Shown here: positions 38,975 to 50,402 of the stretch, one piece after another
Layout of the letters: the number at the start of each line of letters is the position of its first letter
Position numbering within the stretch: position 1 is the stretch's first letter
NCBI GenBank assembly: GCA_010093815.1
Contig: ML996570.1
Length of the DNA: 64,000 bases
Origin: Pseudovirgaria hyperparasitica
Taxonomy: Eukaryota
Strand: one strand, 5' to 3'
Notes under the pieces: model-generated
What the model was told of the DNA's origin: nothing
What the model saw: only the letters and a program-made list of their open reading frames with translations
Databases searched by the model: none
Translations under genes and position numbers: made by a program

Positions 38975-40339
38975 TCGCAATAATCCACGAACGAGCGATC
39001 GCTGCTATATCTGAAGAAGGAAGTATTAATCTCCACGCCCGCTTAGCTTCACTGTTGGGCCATGTCACTGCACATACTGTGTGGGTGCCTGTCTGTCACT
39101 GCAATCAGCTGATCCGAGTCTCACATTCTAATGTCGATATGAATGAGCATGACAGAATAAGTATAGTGAGACGAGCACAGCAGGACTAGAATAGCAGAAA
39201 TCACCTTGGTGGAACAAGCGAATTGGACATGGAAATGTAGCGTTCTCTGTCTTCTTTGATGTGGATCACTAGTCTATTAGATGTTCTTCTTCCACTGCCA
39301 GCAAGTTTACATAGCGAGATAGTCGTGTAATAGCAAACAAGTCTCTGGATCAGGGACAATTGATTGCTCGCTTTTGAAGGTAATCAGGGGACCTTGAATG
39401 TACGTCGGTCACAGGGCATTTGTGCTAGCAATAGATAACAGAAAACTGCAGAAGAATGGAACATATTTGTCATGGTCATCATTGGAGTGTTGGTGTCGGT
39501 GTTGGTCTTGGTGTTTGTATGACCGACGCTGTTGATAGTGATGGGTAAGGGATTTCCTTGTCCATTTGCTCCTACGCTGGCCTTGCTGGTTTCGGTTGGA
39601 TGTGTAACTTCGTGTTTTCACTTGTGGATGTCGACGTCAGTGCTCAGGGCATACTTACCTATTCAATGTGCTGATGTAGTGTAAACTGCGATCACTGTCT
39701 TGGCATCAACATCAGGTATCTAGATGGGAGTTCATTGCGCGCTCCACTTGTCATCTTCGCAATCAGTTATGGGTGGTTCCTCAGCTTGTTGGTAGATTGG
39801 ACATGCATCCTGGCTTTGTGGAATGCATGGCCATGGCCTAGCACGACGCTGAGTGACAATACAGTGTACCAATTAGGAAAAGGCAAGGGTATCTGCTGGA
39901 GGTTAGTTTCAGAAGCGCACGTGAATGAAAAGTTGCGCTTTCAACGGATTATACAGATTCTTAACATTAAATAGTTAGATCCGCAGGCCTCTGTCTCTCC
40001 CGTACACGCACAGAAGTGAGGGACCCCTTAACGCTTCATGCGTATATCTCGCCTTGTTCGGAACTTGTTTTGGTTCCTGTCCGTGTGATACATCCAGCTT
40101 CTTGCTTTCAAGCCTCGTTCTTTCTACAATATCTCTTCCCGTGGTAGTAAAATAATAGGGTCGCTAGCCAGCCAACGCACGAACCGAATGTATGTTAAAA
40201 GGAGTACCCTGATAATCGCCATGTTACATGGGCTAGAACGCCAATCGCCGGGATGTCAAATCGTTGAGTACCCCAGACAGAGTGTACAGGTGTTTCTGAG
40301 AAGACAAAAGGAAACGGAGAACTGGTATCTTCATAGCGG

Positions 40340-41104
40340 TTATATGTATGCCAGCAATATGACTCCAGCTGCGGTAGGAACGAGTAGTGTAACAAGGTGA
40401 TTCAGAGTGAGAGATGAAGCTGCGCCGGTACCGGCTGTGACATCAAATGGGCTACCACCACCACTGTCAGGATTGGATAGCTGCGGGGGCAAGCCATCTT
40501 GGCCACCGTTCTGGGATGGAGCTGGCTGAGTAGCAACGATGGTTGTTTCGGTCGGTGCGGGCGGAGGGTTTGCATCTGTCGCAATAGGAGTCTCCGATTG
40601 TATTGACGATGGTATCGCTGAGGGACTCGCCTCAGTCTCAGTAGGTGAAGCCGAATTCGCGCTTGAGATCGCCGTCGAGGTCTGTGACGGTCTATCTACC
40701 GTTGAAGATACTGATGGTGGTGCGGAGCTGGGCGTTGGTTCACTGTTTGGCGGCGCCGGCGGCAGAATCGTGGTGACTGCGAAGTTTGGACATAGTTCGG
40801 TGATTACATCGCCTTTGAGAAAGCGTCCGATCAGACTTTGCGCGTCGAGAGCGAGGCCACCGCATGCTTTCTGCACCGCCGTTTGTATTACTACCAGACC
40901 ATCCACACATGCCTGTGAGCATTTCGCCTTGTTGGTAGTGCCCATGCCAATGAAGTCGGCATTCACGCAGCCGGGGACCTGTTGGTTGTATACGCGATCG
41001 CATCTTTCAGGTAGATTCGTGTTACGAGGTGTGAAGTCGACGAGGGCCACAGCGGAGGTAAAAGGGAGGAGACATGCGAGCGCAAGTACGTCTTGCTGCC
41101 GCAT
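40340..41104 (-). CDS. Secreted, probably GPI-anchored protein with a Cys-rich N-terminal domain and Ser/Thr/Pro stalk
   Basis: Signal peptide MRQQDVLALACLLPFTSAVA, a six-Cys domain, an S/T/P-rich region, GGGSPFD, and a C-terminal GAASS plus hydrophobic tail. Confidence 0.85.
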   Translation of the reverse strand: MRQQDVLALACLLPFTSAVALVDFTPRNTNLPERCDRVYNQQVPGCVNADFIGMGTTNKAKCSQACVDGLVVIQTAVQKACGGLALDAQSLIGRFLKGDVITELCPNFAVTTILPPAPPNSEPTPSSAPPSVSSTVDRPSQTSTAISSANSASPTETEASPSAIPSSIQSETPIATDANPPPAPTETTIVATQPAPSQNGGQDGLPPQLSNPDSGGGSPFDVTAGTGAASSLTLNHLVTLLVPTAAGVILLAYI

Positions 41105-42294
41105 GATGAGGATGACGTTGCTGATGTTGCTTGTTGTTGTTAGTGGAAGAGGGAGAGGTGGAGTTGTGCGATAGCAGCGAGCAATTCACGATAGACGCTG
41201 CGGAGCGCCTGACCCTGGCTCCACGAAACTAAGATGACTGAGTGAAGGTTTGTCTTCCAGGGTGATGGTGCAGATGTGAATGTGGCGAGGTGAGACGTTC
41301 CCAGTCTGAAGTTTGAGCTGCCGCGTTCGGGCGAGTTGTCAGGGTCCGGCAGAATTGAATCACGGTCCAGCCAGAACCAGCCGAAGCAGAAGTATCTACG
41401 AAGCACACTTTAAGATGAAGCCCAAAACCTAGTCTCGTTAGTGATCAGTTGGTGACATCCTGTGGTTGTCGAAGGCATAAAGTCGGCATCATGTTGAACT
41501 CACCAACACGAGTAAGTGAGCGCCATGCACAGTTTGGGATGTGCGACAGCCGCTCAAAGCAGAAGAAAGCTTGGAATAGGAAGGCGGTCGACACCTCACC
41601 GAAAGGAGAAAAGAAGCAGTATAAAAGAAGAAAAATGGATATCACAGAAGGTAGGTAGACTTATGGAATACCTGTCCGTTGCAGACGTGAAGGAAAGGTT
41701 GACGCCTGCAACCTACGGTCCCCAGGGCCTGTGAGAGTCTGACGCAACGAGAAAAAGTCGGGGTTGAAGTAAGAGAAGTTTCAGACCTGTACCTACAACC
41801 CGGACAAGCGTGCGATTATGGAGCTTCGCCAACTCTATCAAACGCCACCGCCCCGTCGCCAACCATTATGAAGGAGAACCATGGCTGAACTGGCGTTCAT
41901 CACAATCATGAGCAGTAGCCCGCGGATTGGCGCGCGCGCAGTTCAGCGCGATGGTGCTCCGGGATAGTGAAAGAGTTGTGGATGGCGACGACGAGGAGTT
42001 GGTTGGTTGTCGCAGGAGTCGCTTCACGAGCACCGAAGAAGTCTGAAACAGCGCTAGTTGACTCGCCCGCCAATTGGCGGCCCTCGATTCGGCGTGGCGT
42101 TGACGCTTGACAGCCTGAGGCCACAAGACGTCCATAGTCGGCGTGCTAAAACAATCATAGGTCACTACTTAAGACTTTGCTTGCATATGTGAGGAAGATA
42201 TATACAGTGTTTCGCCTATTCTGAACCTCCAACTATATACAATGAAATGTTGGCTGCAACGAGACACCCTCTCTATCAGTACAATTCCCCTGAC

Positions 42295-43485
42295 TTAGGC
42301 AGCACGACGTCCCGCACCGGAAAACATCTTGCGCTTGTTATAGTCACTTCTTTTGACGGACCCAGTGGAGATTGCTCCGTTGGGAGGAGGTCCCGATCCA
42401 CTCGGTGGAGCACCGCCGACTCCTCCATTCGCGTTGTTGTGACCACCAGTAGCATCGTAGTATGCAGCATATGAGGCATCGGCAGTGTGGTTGGCAGTGG
42501 TATCGATGCCAATTGAGATCCAAGCCAACAGACCATCCGTGATATCGTCAGAGAGGTAGACAAATTCCGGGAATGGGTCGTAGTTGTTATCAGCTTGAGT
42601 CGGCGCCCACATGTCGTCATCATTTGACACGATAGCCTGTGTGTTGGTGTTATAGGGGTAAGTCGCCTCGACAGCCGATCGCAGAGACTCGTCGAAGAAG
42701 AGCTGGCCGATGTGGGCATAGGTTCCTCCAATCCAGCTGCCGTTGCGCAAGGTCTGGGCGTTGGTATGCACAACAACATGCTCGTGGATAGCTCTGCCGT
42801 CGTAATGGCCAGGGAAGATCGTGTCAAACTGAACAACACCATCGGAATCAGATTGCTGAAGGCCACGAAGGAAAGTGGTATTCAGACCGGCTTGACCAGA
42901 AGCGACATCAATGCCAGAGTATGTACCAGTGGCGTTGCAGGACCAAATATCGATTAGGAGCCGGGGCACCGGTTCGCAAGTGTTAGTGTCGATGAATTGC
43001 ATCTCGAGATGCATGGGCACGCCCGCCTGGTCTTCAGCGACATTTTCTCTCAGGAGCTCACCAATGACGTAGTATGGACCAATGGTGTTCTCAGGAGTCA
43101 GGACGCAAGAGGTATTGGCGGAAAAGATGGCAGATGGATCATGAGGGTTGACAGTCCCGGTGTAGTTGTGGTTGACGGTCTCGAATTTCTGGAGGGCAGC
43201 CAAGTCCCTACGGTGGAGGTAAGGAGACATGGTGATACCACGAGCTTTGCGAAGACGTTCCGCAGTGGCAGCACGACGGGTGATCGCACGCTGCTCCAGG
43301 GCGCGAGCCTTTATTGTGCCGGCGCAGTTTCCAAGGGAGCGGGCGGCTTTGGAGGCAAGGTGGTCGCGGACTTGGATCTCTCTTTTGACTTGAGCGTGGT
43401 CGTGAACCTCTCCAGGATGGGCAGTGACTGATACAACGGAAACGGTAACAGCCAATGCCGTAGTAAGCTTCGAGAACAGTACCAT
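42295..43485 (-). CDS. Secreted intradiol ring-cleavage dioxygenase-like protein
   Basis: Signal peptide followed by HPGE, CVLTPE..GPYY, DQAGVP, IDIWSCNATGTYSG, FLRGLQQSD.DGVVQFDTIFPGHYDGRAIHEH and HIGQLFFD. The Tyr/Tyr/His/His iron-ligand pattern is present. Confidence 0.92.
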   Translation of the reverse strand: MVLFSKLTTALAVTVSVVSVTAHPGEVHDHAQVKREIQVRDHLASKAARSLGNCAGTIKARALEQRAITRRAATAERLRKARGITMSPYLHRRDLAALQKFETVNHNYTGTVNPHDPSAIFSANTSCVLTPENTIGPYYVIGELLRENVAEDQAGVPMHLEMQFIDTNTCEPVPRLLIDIWSCNATGTYSGIDVASGQAGLNTTFLRGLQQSDSDGVVQFDTIFPGHYDGRAIHEHVVVHTNAQTLRNGSWIGGTYAHIGQLFFDESLRSAVEATYPYNTNTQAIVSNDDDMWAPTQADNNYDPFPEFVYLSDDITDGLLAWISIGIDTTANHTADASYAAYYDATGGHNNANGGVGGAPPSGSGPPPNGAISTGSVKRSDYNKRKMFSGAGRRAA

Positions 43486-44590
43486 AATGAAAGATTAGGT
43501 GAGACACGCTTGATTGAGCAGCGGGATCAATGATGGTGATGGTGGTAGAAATCAGTATTGACGAATCTTCCGGAACCTACTTATACAAATTCTCATAATG
43601 AGGCCACGCATGCTCGGCGTTGAGACAAATATGGGCGTCTCTCACATAGCAATCCGCCAACGGAGCAGCTTCGGTTTCCAGATACCGTGGTATCGTGTCC
43701 ACCGAGAATTCTCACCCAATGACGACGCCTCTAATTACACACTACAACGACGATGAAGTCGTACATAGTAGTATACCAAAACAAGAAAACCCAGGTCATA
43801 CCCAGATCTATGCTTGAGTGGATCGAAGTACGCAAGCCATGGTAGTGCCTTTGAAGGGGCTCTCCGCCATAGGCGTCCACTGTAATGCCAGTTATGACGA
43901 AAACGACAGTTCGCAGTAGGTTCTCCGACTACACGGATCATTGAAGTCTTCAAATCCGATGTCTGCCATTGGCTTCTGTTTTGTCGACGTCGTGGCCAAG
44001 CTTTAATCCAGGCTCTTAATCCACCATCACCACACGCCTCTACGCGTGGCCGATTCTTAAGCTTTCAAGTCGGGCATAAGATTGGTCTATGATGTGAGAC
44101 GCCAAGAGTTCATATGCTTCAGATTAGTTGTTGCGAGGGACGGACATGATATTGCGCAAGCAGTGCACTTCAACGTGGTGAGGACTCTGGGAGGCAGCCT
44201 GGTAATAGAAGGAGAGAAAAGCCGACGCGTTGGGTATGCTGCCTTAGTGCCTTAAGGCAATAGTGCCCCTTTTGGCCTGCCAAGACCGGCGCCGGTACGA
44301 ATCCTTCTAACTTGAAACTCTGTTGCACGCGTATACACCCACATCACCGACTCATGGAGACGAAAGGACGGGCTGAGCCATCAATCCACGTGTAGTGTGG
44401 TAGTACAGACGTAAACAGATTTGCTGGGACCTCATTTTTCTATCGTATCGACATCGGCCTCACGACTCTGTAAGATGAACATCGAGGTTATTGCGGCCAT
44501 CTAATTCGTAGATCGAAGCTGTAGCGGGTTACTCATTTGTGTATCATACTGCTCATGGCACTGATAGAAGGTCCAGCAACTTTTGGCACT

Positions 44591-45621
44591 CTATCCTGGC
44601 ATCTCATGACACATGACCTCAGCTGGAAGCTCCATGGGCCCATCATGTCTTGCCACAGCTGTTGAAGTCTTCTCATAGACTGTGTATCGGGACATAAATG
44701 GCTGTCTTCGGTGCCTTTTCAGCAAATATATAGCTAGCGCCAGAGCTATTTACCTAATAATACTCAGAGGTACGCCGACTCCGATACCAATTCTGGTTCC
44801 TTTCGACAATCCAGTATCAGGGGGCGTTGCTGTGCCATTTGGAATATTGAAAGAGCTAGGTAGCAAACGAGATACATCAGATGGCTGATCGTCAATGGGG
44901 GGTGTAATGGAGATAAGAACCACTATAACGATAGCATTCATTACCGATGTGAATCCGGATAAAGGTGCCGTGATGCCTATACCAAAGCTCTTACCAGTAT
45001 CTGTTCCTCGAGCATTACTGATAGGTGTAGACGTCGCTCGGGCTAGCATTGGAGCTGTTGTCCCAGTGATCATGTTCCGACCGCGGATTGCATCTCTTCC
45101 CAGCACATATCCATCGCTGATGGTACTGGTCTTGATATCGGCATTGTATGGATCGAAGGGATAGTCATATGACGTATAAATAAACACATAGCCACTCGAG
45201 ACGACGGTGTTGCAGTCCAGACCAACGCCACCATGTGGTTCATCTCCTCCGTTGTAGGTATATCCACTTTGATTGCATCAGCTTACTCCAAGATCGATCA
45301 GGTTCGGGCAGCTCACGGTGGACAACGTAGTATATCGACAATAGACAGTGCGACTGTAGACTCCCAGACCGTATGAGAGGCTCCAGGGCACTTCAGTGGT
45401 CCATAGCTTGTTATACCGCCAGGACTTCGACAGTGCGTAAACGCGTCTGGGTAGCAATCGACTTTTAAGTCGATTAGAACTCCGTAGCTTAGATCCCATC
45501 CTACAAGTTAATTTGCGTATTATTTGTAGTAGCTACCGCATCTCCCTGGCGCTAAGTAGCTGTCTGTGACCGGTACCCGTGTCGTGGTGGTGCCATCGTG
45601 GGTCTCTGGTGGCCAGGACAT
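44591..45621 (-). pseudogene. Pseudogene of a Cys-motif, single-pass membrane protein (Mid2-like C-terminal TM followed by basic residues)
   Basis: ATG at 45621 reads MSWPPETHDGTTTTRVPVTDSYLAPGRC..VDCYPDAF..YGPLKCPG..CP(intron)PGYTY..LSKGTRIGIGVGVPLSIIR*IALALAIYLLKRHRR..PMELPAE. In-frame TAA stops lie at 45520-45522, 45508-45510 and 44750-44752. Confidence 0.7.
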
Positions 45622-46206
45622 TGGATATACCGGTGGCTAAGGATTGCATATCTTTGTGGCACATCGATGCATAAGACTTCAGAGGAAAGGGTAGCCCTAT
45701 GCCATAGGGACTTGTGTGTCGCGCTGTAAGATGTAATATGTTTGATCTGACGTGGTGAACTTTGTGTCTACTAGAGGCTTGCAACAGAGCGACTGTTCGT
45801 GCAAAGACTTGTCACCCGTACCTATTATGCTAGTCAAAGCATCACGTACGACACCTATGTACCATTACAGGAACTGCTGCTATGGAGTAAAGGAGAAATA
45901 ATCTGATCACAATCATGAATACTGCCCGATCATAGCAGTCACTGATAATGGTGATGAATGTAATTTGTGCTCGTGATGGGGGAAACGTGAGCCTGACACA
46001 GACTCCACGACGTCAGAATCATGTGTACTGTCTACCCATTTGCTGCAATTCGTTCCTTTCTCCCTGTTCATATACTATACTGCGGGCGGTGGTCATAATA
46101 GATGCTTACAGCGGACTTGTCATACACGACCAAACACCACAAATTTCGAACAAATCCCAACCTCTCATTTGTAATACACCATCGTCAAGGAAGCAAAAGA
46201 AGCATC

Positions 46207-46217
46207 AAAATACAAAA
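46207..46217 (-). terminator. Pol III oligo-T terminator of the 5S gene
   Basis: TTTTGTATTTT directly at and after the 5S 3' end. Confidence 0.7.
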
Positions 46218-46335
46218 CATTCAGCAGTGGGGATTCGCTAGTGGTCACCCACCTAACTACTAATCCACCCCTAACCAGCTTAAATAGGCGGGAGCGAACG
46301 GGACCGCTTGCTTTCTGGTTGGTATGGCCGAATGT
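46217..46335 (-). rRNA. 5S rRNA gene (dispersed copy)
   Basis: 119 nt: ACATTCGGCCATACC...CCCGTTCGCTC...TTAAGC...TTAGTAGTTAGGTGGGTGACCACTAGCGAATCCC...GCTGAATGT. The termini pair as helix I, and a T-run follows. Confidence 0.96.
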
Positions 46336-46355
46336 GGGAGACGAAATGAAAAACA

Positions 46356-46365
46356 AGTATATATT
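46356..46365 (-). promoter_or_regulatory. TATA-like element about 25 nt upstream of the 5S gene
   Basis: AATATATAC on the minus strand, at the position where Neurospora-type dispersed 5S genes carry a TATA box. Confidence 0.6.
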
Positions 46366-47394
46366 GAGGATATGCCTCCTCGGTGAGTTGAGTAAACGAC
46401 CTCTATCCCTCCGTCGGAGACTCCAATAAGAAGAGCTATCAATAGAACACCATGGACATGTAGAGATCTAGATAAATATCTCAAGAAGCTCGTAGCAGCC
46501 ACTGAGCTTTGGAGACGAAGATTCCTGCAGGAATGATCCTTTGGTGGATAGCCTTCAGATAGTCAAATCCGATAAACACCGCACGCAACCTCACACTCGA
46601 CCAATCAAACAAATCATATATCTATAGCAACCGTTATATATGACTCTCTGCCAACAATCCACTGACATTCCATCGTATTAAGCCACGGCATCATCGCCGC
46701 GTCGCGAAAGTCATTCCTCATAGCACGCACCATCCACTCATCCATTCATCCATTCCCTCCCGAGGGGGCCCTTACCCCCCCGAAGGCATCACACAAACCA
46801 CCTACCCGAACCAGCACCGCCTCGCATACCACCTACCAACTCGGTGCTGCCCCACAAACCCAGCCCCAATAGATACCACGCTCTCCACAAAACGTCGCCT
46901 CCAACATACCTACCTGCATCATATACCGCAAACTGAGTCATCTCACACTGCGCCAATCCCACCTTTCGAAATCCTCTCTTCTCTTCCCATCTGCCCTTGA
47001 CAAGCAAACAGCAACAGCCAAACACCTCGTATTCGACACGGGTATACTAGGCAACCCCCAGCCCCCAGCCAGCCAGCCAGACAGCCCAGCCAGACAGCCC
47101 CCTAGCCCCCAGCGCAGGCAGCCCAGCGCAGGGTCCCCCCCAGCGCCACGCGCGGGGCTCGCTCGCAGCGGCGCAAGGAGGAGACGGTAGGGGTTAAGGC
47201 GCGTGGGCAAAAGACACGCTACAGTCGCCTTGGTCCGGCACGCCTCCAGGATTCCCTCCTAAGCTCCCGCTGTCAAACCGTGCTGTTGGGGAGACTGGAC
47301 CGGGGGGATGTGGACGGGACTGGTTAGGTCGGGGGACGGGCTGGGTTAGGTTTCTCTGGCTTTGGGCTGGTCCCCCGGGTGTGTGTGCCGCTGC

Positions 47395-47440
47395 GGCTAC
47401 GGCTACGGCTACGGCTACGGCTACGGCGACGGCTACGGCT
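47395..47440 (+). repeat. (GGCTAC)n hexanucleotide repeat, about 7.5 units
   Basis: ggctacggctacggctac... read directly. Confidence 0.9.
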
Positions 47441-49076
47441 GAGAGGAGGGGCGCAAATGCTCCCGGCTGGAATGGCGCGCTGCTAGAATGTCGGTAGAAG
47501 GTAGGTCTTTACACGCACGCTCTTCTGCTTATCTGTTTGTTTTGTGGTTTACCGCGTGCTTTCATGTGCTGCATTCGCGGTTTACTGTGTGTCTTTCCGG
47601 CTATCCGTCAGCAGTGGACGTCACACTTGATCTGACTAAGCGGGACCATACCATACACAACTTACTCTAGGTCATTAGGTCCGACACCACCACATACCAC
47701 CATAATAACCCCACGCACCCATCTCAATCACCATAGCGCCCCCTCGGTTAGAGGCTTCACAGTCCCTTCACACCTCTCGCCCCCTTGCGGAGCACGATAT
47801 CCGCCATGCTATCCATGCCTACTACCTACATGGCATACATGTCATAACAAGCCATCCCTCCCATGCACGCAAGCATACTCAGACAGCAATGCCATTCCAT
47901 TCCATGACAAACGCGCAACCAGCGCCAGAGTTACACGGCAGAAACAGAATACAGAATGCCATCATTCAAACTATTCAGTGATGTTAGAATCAGTCAGTCG
48001 TGTCGGTTGGTTGTTTAGTCGTTTGGGTAGGTAAGAAAACAACGTCCAAATCCAACGCCGTCTCACGCGCCGCATGCTGGACGTGCTATATGACATATGT
48101 ACTATATACTGTATACAGTGCCATACAGCGCACGGGATGAGCATGCTTACCAGACGAACACCCAACCAACCAAACAAACACCCAACCATCAGCAGCCACC
48201 ACCAAGCTCAAAGACAAGAGAAAACGCCTATTTGTTCTGCCTACCTACCTACCTAATACAAACCCACTCAGACTCAACCTCACAACCCCAAGCCGCACTT
48301 GGAAGAGGCCGCAGTCTGGGGGCCCAGAGGGGTAGGGGGCCGAGAAGAGCGAGCAGCACAGCAAAGTAGGATTGTGTTTGGCAAGAAATATGGCCTTGCT
48401 TGCTTACTTCCCTACTTACTTCCCTACTTACCTACTTACTTACCTGCTTGCGTGCTTGCTTTCCAATGTTGCCTGCGTCCTACCTCACCTCACCACCCCA
48501 TTCAACGCGCTCTAACCCCTCCCCTCCCTACTCTCCCCTCCTCCTCCTCCGCACTCCCCAAACCACGCACCACCACCAAACAACCCAAACAACCAACAGC
48601 CCAGGAACGCGCAGTCCCCATACCTAATTAGTCCTAGCCAAGAAAGACTCAAAAGGGCAAAACCTCGGGGATAAAAGACGTGATGAATCGGAGAGCAGCC
48701 CGAAAGGAAAGTTGGGGGGGGGGATCGGAAGTGCTGTCGGATAGGGTAGGTAGTGTGAGGTAGGGTAGCGTAAGCTAAGGTAAGGTGATTGGCGTAGTGT
48801 AGTGAGTGTTAGTCTTTCGTGGTTAAAATGGCTCGTCGCGAGGTCTTCGTTCTGGCTATCCTGGATCTGGGTTAATGTATGTGTGTGTGTGGGTGGGATG
48901 TGGGTGGGATGAGGCAGGGCATGGACTTGCATGGCACGCAAGGGCTCATGCTCATGCTCATGCAAGAACCTATTCACAACAACGCATGCTAAAGTATATG
49001 TCCTGTATAAATCTTTTTTTTTCTTTTTTGTCTTTAAAAGAATTTCCGGTGTATTTAGAACCAATCTCCACCAGGC

Positions 49077-49106
49077 AGAAGAGAAGAGAAGAGAAGAGAA
49101 GAGAAG
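49077..49106 (+). repeat. (AGAAG)n pentanucleotide repeat
   Basis: Direct reading. Confidence 0.9.
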
Positions 49107-50402
49107 ATATAGCAAAGCACAATAGACCACAAGACCAGGAGACATACATCATGATATCACGAGGAGAGAGAGAGAGATAGAAAAAGGTTATGAAAACAAA
49201 TACATTCCATTTTCGTCAAAATCCCCCGAATTGACTTGGCTTTCCATTCCATGTCCCCCGTTAGCCGTTTGTGCCAGTCAGTGTAATGAGACATCCACGT
49301 TCATCTATCCCTATGGAACGTTTGTACGCCCCACCCATGTACGGCCGTTTCAATTCGTATGCTGCGCATGCTCGTGCGCCATGTGCGTTTCAGGACGAGT
49401 TCAAAAGACATGGATCCACCCAGTTTTGGAAAGATCCCTCCCCCGGAACGACATGAACTCTCCCTCAAAGATAAACAAACAATAAACGAGACCGACGACC
49501 AAGAAACGCCGCCGATAGTAGTCCGTGCCAACAAAAGACATGCCAGTAAGATATATCAAAGGGAAAAAAAGGTGCTAAAATGTAAAACAAGAAAAGACCA
49601 CCCACGTAGATACAATCCTCAGAGTTGCGGTAACGTGGCGACCGTTGGAGCGACGAGAATGGTCGACGAGTCCGGGATAGTGGTATACAGGGCAACATCG
49701 TCCAAAGGAGAATGACGGCGACATGAAGATGCGAGAAGACTGTACTGGTTCTCTCATCTGTGTGTCAAGGAAGAAAAGGCGACAAAAAGGTTGAATGTTG
49801 GTTGGCAAGGAAGTAAAGACGTTGAAATGCAATACCGTTGCGCTAATGTGCACATAGTAAGCAGGGCTGCGGAATGAAGAGAGTGATGCAGGGGAATGGT
49901 GGGAATGTCCAAGTGGAAGAAGAGGAGGGGTCCCAGCCGATAAAGAAGTTGACAGCTGCATCGACCGATGATGTTGATGAAGGCGCCGAGGAAGTCAAGA
50001 ATCCCCCGTCCAGCGAAGGATCAGAAGACAAGACAACGTAAGCCTGCGAGGTTCGCCAGCAGGAGTATCCATCATAGGGCATGGAAAGTATGGAGGAGAC
50101 AGCAACAGATTCAGACGCCATCCCAGTCGTAAGGAAACGCCAATTGCTGACGTTCCAGACAAAAAAGCTCCGACCGACACGCATCCAACGGGACGACGAG
50201 TCACGACCAGGAATCCCTCAGCCGTTGAAGTATGGGGTCTAGCGCGCTTTTATGCCAAGAATGAGCCGGAGCTGCATTCTGCACTTGGACATGCCCGACA
50301 TTGACATTGGCTCGTTGTTAGGTCTTTCTCCGACATGACTTGCGTGCTCGACTTCCCCCAGTGGATACAGACAGCCACATCCTGGACGATAAGAGAATGT
50401 AT

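Noticed and set aside
39651..39790. U1 snRNA-like start ATACTTACCT followed by GATCA and CATTGC
   Set aside because: The spacing is too long, the stems are unconvincing and no Sm site is visible. It is more likely a reverse-strand splice-donor word or chance.
47180..47352. Telomerase RNA template or interstitial telomere
   Set aside because: Only isolated GGTTAGG words are present; there is no TAACCCTAA template or (TTAGGG)n array.
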